Below the pieces are notes generated by a model. It searched no databases and was not told the DNA's origin. It saw only the letters and a list, made by a program, of their open reading frames with translations. This document shows, in pieces, positions 6,840 to 9,675 of a stretch of 9,675 nt of DNA; position 1 is the first letter of the stretch; every line of letters starts with the position of its first letter. The position numbers and the translations under genes were made by a program. Location of the stretch: positions 1-9,675 of IMG/VR virus record IMGVR_UViG_2698536471_000020; one strand, 5' to 3'. This DNA is from a virus (Duplodnaviria; Heunggongvirae; Uroviricota; Caudoviricetes).

Positions 6840-6861
6840 AAAAAAACACGCGGGGCGCGTG
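6840..6861 (-). terminator. Rho-independent terminator inside the leader upstream of icd-like
   Basis: Minus strand reads CACGCG ccc CGCGTG followed by TTTTTTT (plus-strand A-run 6840-6846, stems 6847-6852 and 6856-6861). Confidence 0.7.
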
Positions 6862-7103
6862 TTATGCGCTTCAGTTTTGCCCAGGACGCCAATCCCGGCA
6901 CCCGTTTTATGAGGTGCGCGGGAATCATAGCCATTTTTGCTGGTGGCGATCAACTGGTTTTTTACACCCGCTTTATTCAGGTTGTGTGAGTCCCGCCCTT
7001 GCGGGTGTGTGGTATGATTTCTCATAGCTACCTCGATACTTTCGCTATCGTTGGTGGTCAGAGGCTGCGAAAGGACGGCAATCCTTTTCAGCCTCGTTTG
7101 CAT

Positions 7104-7207
7104 TGAGTGATAAACACTCAGCTGGATTCCAGTATAATCACTAAGTGGAATCCACTTCAAGCGTTTTGTTTTGGTCTTTTTCGTGTATACTGGATTCCAG
7201 TAATCAC
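7104..7207. promoter_or_regulatory. Divergent promoter/operator region with three TGGAWTCCA palindromes
   Basis: Palindromes CTGGATTCCAG (7122-7132), AAGTGGAATCCACTT (7143-7157), CTGGATTCCAG (7190-7200); extra inverted repeat TGAGTG-ataaa-CACTCA (7104-7120). Minus-strand promoter TTGAAG (7160-7155), 18-nt spacer, TATACT (7136-7131) overlaps the plus-strand TATAAT (7133-7138). Direct repeat CTGGATTCCAGTA(T)AATCAC at 7122-7142 and 7190-7207. Confidence 0.6.
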
Positions 7208-7221
7208 AAAGGGAACCAGAA

Positions 7222-7401
7222 ATGGAAAGAGACCATATCAATAACAAATCACAGAAATTACAGGCTCGCGCCCCGCATGAAGTTGTTGAGGCTATGGAGC
7301 AAGTAAAAGAAACAGGCGAGAGCACTGCGCAATTTATCGTTACAGCCATGCGAGGCGAGATCAAACGCCGCCAGCGCCGTAAGGCCAAAGAATCAGAATA
7401 A
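7222..7401 (+). CDS. Small ribbon-helix-helix-like DNA-binding protein (59 aa; below the ORF-track size cut-off)
   Basis: ATG at 7222 with AGGGA about 8 nt upstream, TAA at 7399-7401. Translation MERDHINNKSQKLQARAPHEVVEAMEQVKETGESTAQFIVTAMRGEIKRRQRRKAKESE has an RHH-like layout (basic strand RAPHEVV, two short helices, basic tail). Sits immediately downstream of the operator palindromes. Confidence 0.45.
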   Translation: MERDHINNKSQKLQARAPHEVVEAMEQVKETGESTAQFIVTAMRGEIKRRQRRKAKESE

Positions 7402-7458
7402 TCACTATCAGCGCCGTGGTGTGAGGTACTACGGCGCATTGCTTTACAGGGCAGTACC

Positions 7459-7686
7459 ATGACTAACAACACACTATCACCAATACAAGACACGCAAACG
7501 CAAGATGATGAAATCATCCGGCAAAGGCAGTCAGAAGCCTGCGCCAGAGTTGAGGAAGAACTAACCAGAACAAAAATACCACCACCAGCGCCGCGCTTAA
7601 TGCCACCAGAAAAATTTGCCCTTGAAGATTTTGTCGAGAAATACCCACGGCGGTTAAAAGCCACTAAAAACCGACCGCCTGGCTGA
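7459..7686 (+). CDS. Hypothetical protein (75 aa), possibly co-transcribed with the RHH-like gene
   Basis: ORF with protein-like charged composition but a weak SD. A hairpin GCGCCGT (7411-7417) / ACGGCGC (7431-7437) lies between it and the RHH gene. Convergent with alpA. Confidence 0.3.
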   Translation: MTNNTLSPIQDTQTQDDEIIRQRQSEACARVEEELTRTKIPPPAPRLMPPEKFALEDFVEKYPRRLKATKNRPPG

Positions 7687-7832
7687 TAGCCTTGTCCACC
7701 AGCTACGGCGGTGCTAAGATTGAAAGCTGCATAAGTCATGAAATAAACTCCTTAGCGGTGCATACGCGCCGCTTCTTTCTTCACGAACAACTACAAACAA
7801 AAACACGGACGGAATTTAAAGAATGAATATTC

Positions 7833-8027
7833 TTAATTGACGCGTTCGCGGTTTTTGACCCACGCCACAACCTCAGACTTAACCCAGCCAACAGAACGAC
7901 CGCCGAGACTGATACGGGAAGGGAAGCGGCCCTGCTTTTCCATCTCGTAACGAGTTGTGCGGCAAACGCCTGTTAGCTCTCTGCATTCTTTTTCGCGGAT
8001 TACACGATCTTCATTTATTTCGCGCAT
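7833..8027 (-). CDS. alpA: AlpA-family transcriptional regulator / excisionase-like protein
   Basis: 64-aa ORF; HTH followed by GGRSVGWVKSEVVAWV matches the AlpA (Phage_AlpA) pattern; located directly downstream of the integrase on the same strand. Confidence 0.8.
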   Translation of the reverse strand: MREINEDRVIREKECRELTGVCRTTRYEMEKQGRFPSRISLGGRSVGWVKSEVVAWVKNRERVN

Positions 8028-8360
8028 AAAAAGCCCTACATAAAATTACGTATAGAAATTTTTGTTTCGCTGTGGATATACGGAAAGAGATTACTTCTTA
8101 GCTTTTCTTACCTCTTAAATTGAAGGCGTAACCTTGCCAAAAGCTATGCTCGCCAAGGTTCGCAAGGGTTCGTTGTTGTTCATAAAATCGTTGCACACCA
8201 GGAAAGACAATTCAACATTAAAATTCCCTCTACAGTGAGGGATAATTAAAAAAACAAATTAAAACAGTCACATAAAAGCATGCACTTTGAAATAAAGGAA
8301 AATATTAAAACTCAAGTAGACAATCGCTGTTTTCAAATTTTTTCAATACTTGACACATAT

Positions 8361-8393
8361 AAATCGTCGATATTTGCCGATATTCGACGATTT
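8361..8393. promoter_or_regulatory. Inverted repeat in the int-alpA intergenic region (candidate regulator binding site)
   Basis: Perfect 10-bp arms AAATCGTCGA (8361-8370) and TCGACGATTT (8384-8393), extending to about 13-bp arms with one indel; consensus TTGACA at 8350-8355; region 8040-8436 is AT-rich. Confidence 0.4.
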
Positions 8394-8436
8394 ATTTTAG
8401 AGGGCCATTTTTCGCAAGAAAAACAGCCGTAATTTG

Positions 8437-9675
8437 TCAAGAATTTTGAGAGTAAATTCGCGGGGTCATAACAACGATTTTTTCATCATTGTTCTGGAGA
8501 AGCTCGAGACGCTCAACCCATAGATTAAGAGCGTCACGTTTTGCATCGAGATAACGGGAGTGATTATAGACTCGTTGCACTCCTGGCAACTGGTGCGCGG
8601 TTAGCTGCTCCACTACATGAGGATCCACGCCTAAATCGTTCAGCATCGTTGTAAACGTGTGCCGGATGTCGTGCAACGTCCAGGGGGCTTGATTAATGCG
8701 TCTGTGTGCCGTTCTTCCGTACTCTGATACAGATGATTGCCCTTTCAGTTCTCCGAGCAATAAGCCTGTATGCCTGTTCTGCTCAACCAGCTGCGTGACG
8801 AACGGCAAGATCGCTTCCGGTATAGGCCGGAATATTGCTACCTTCGTTTTGCTGTGCTCCTTCGGAACGGTCCAGAGCATTTCTTTAAAATCCCATTCCT
8901 GGACCTCAGAGCGTCTTAGCTCAGTGGTACGGCATCCGAAGACAATCAGGAGGCGAATCAGGGCGCTGTAGTACGGTGGGTAAATTTTTTCATCCAGGGC
9001 GCGGAGTAATTCCCCAAGCTCCTTGTTTGTTAGTACGCGCTGGCTTATTTCTGCTTTTTTCCCAACATCACCGACAACCATATCATCAAGAACGTTGCTG
9101 ATTGCGTAGCGTCGTTTGCGGCAGTACTTAAGCGCCTGCTTGCATACCTGCAACAAAAAACCTGCTGATACCGGATTACGCTTAGCAAGCTGATCAAAAC
9201 AGGTCAGCCAGTGGCGTAGCTCGCATTTTTCCAGCGGCATAGCACCAATCTGGCTGATTATGTGTGTATTGATCCGGCTCTTCAGAGATTCGTAGTCTGT
9301 GCGCTTTTCCTTCGCGTACGATTCAAGCCAGTAAGTGAGCGCTTCCTTAACCGTAACAGGTGATAACGCTTCCTGTACGGTGTGATTAAGCTCATGGCGT
9401 GGATTTTTCCCCTCAGCAAGCCAGGCGCGACACTGCGCCGCTTTTTCCCTGGCTGCTTTCAGGCTCAAATCAGGATAATTTCCCAGCCTCAGACGTTCAG
9501 GGGATACCTTCCTGCCTGTTCCGGCCCTGTAAGTGAAATACCAGGTTAACAGGCCATTGGTTGAATGCCTTACGCTAAGGTTGCCACCATCATTAAAAAA
9601 GGTGTTTTTTGTGGTTGGTGATCCGCTTAATTTTCGTAAAAGAGTGTCGCTAAGTCTATGAATTGCCCTGCTCAT
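8437..9675 (-). CDS. int: Tyrosine-type site-specific integrase (P4-type, arm-binding N-terminal domain)
   Basis: 412-aa ORF with catalytic-domain signatures in the translation: GCRTTELRRSE (box I Arg), LHDIRHTFTT (H-x-x-R), VYNHSRYLD (catalytic Tyr region). The ATG is the last 3 nt of the window, so the true start and the att site cannot be verified. Confidence 0.85.
   Translation of the reverse strand: MSRAIHRLSDTLLRKLSGSPTTKNTFFNDGGNLSVRHSTNGLLTWYFTYRAGTGRKVSPERLRLGNYPDLSLKAAREKAAQCRAWLAEGKNPRHELNHTVQEALSPVTVKEALTYWLESYAKEKRTDYESLKSRINTHIISQIGAMPLEKCELRHWLTCFDQLAKRNPVSAGFLLQVCKQALKYCRKRRYAISNVLDDMVVGDVGKKAEISQRVLTNKELGELLRALDEKIYPPYYSALIRLLIVFGCRTTELRRSEVQEWDFKEMLWTVPKEHSKTKVAIFRPIPEAILPFVTQLVEQNRHTGLLLGELKGQSSVSEYGRTAHRRINQAPWTLHDIRHTFTTMLNDLGVDPHVVEQLTAHQLPGVQRVYNHSRYLDAKRDALNLWVERLELLQNNDEKIVVMTPRIYSQNS

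Larger units (their letters stand above)
1..9675 (-). mobile_element. Partial integrative phage-satellite-like island (int, alpA, regulatory leader, icd-like, primase-helicase, iteron origin, ssb-like, protease-capsid fusion); cf-PICI-like gene content. Ends and att sites lie outside the window
   Basis: Co-linear minus-strand order of integrase, AlpA, replication and capsid genes with no host housekeeping genes between them; repeated ATGA stop/start overlaps indicate operons. The left part continues beyond position 1. Confidence 0.55.

Noticed and set aside
6943-6950. Chi sequence GCTGGTGG (plus strand 6943-6950; complement at about 7696-7703)
   Set aside because: Single occurrences of an 8-mer are expected by chance in 9.7 kb of enterobacterial-type DNA. 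The CCTGGTGG in the repeated modules is not an exact Chi site.
6584-7027. ORFs 6584-6934(-) and 6815-7027(+) in the leader region
   Set aside because: Both cross the intrinsic terminator at 6840-6861, have Pro/Arg/Cys-rich compositions and no SD; the region is better explained as an untranslated leader.
8696-8971. Plus-strand ORF 8696-8971
   Set aside because: Antisense within the integrase gene.
1-9675. tRNA, tmRNA or rRNA genes and an att site
   Set aside because: No cloverleaf-like structures or rRNA-like conserved blocks seen by eye. The integrase start is at the window edge, so the expected integration site would lie outside the window.

Overview
The window reads as one arm of an integrative, phage-satellite-like mobile element of enterobacterial type. 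All convincing genes except two small ones lie on the minus strand. From high to low coordinate: tyrosine integrase (8437-9675), AlpA-family regulator (7833-8027), a ~1.1 kb regulatory region, an Icd-like small protein with four further small overlapping ORFs (5539-6677), a P4-alpha/D5-type primase-helicase (3788-5542), an iteron-rich putative origin (3551-3787), a small ORF plus SSB-like protein (2805-3502), and a single 629-aa ORF fusing a ClpP-like prohead protease to a capsid-like domain (258-2147). The regulatory region (6678-7832) holds overlapping divergent promoters with three TGGAWTCCA palindromes, a strong minus-strand intrinsic terminator inside the leader of the icd-like operon, and two divergent plus-strand small ORFs, one RHH-like. 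A ~220-bp intergenic module occurs twice (39-253 and 2575-2790), each time directly after the last gene of an operon. The best reading is a capsid-encoding PICI-like satellite (cf-PICI-like) with a P1/P4-style attenuation leader; no terminase, portal, tail or lysis genes and no att sites are visible here. No rRNA, tRNA or CRISPR array was found by eye. All calls rest on reading the translations and sequence directly; no database search was run.
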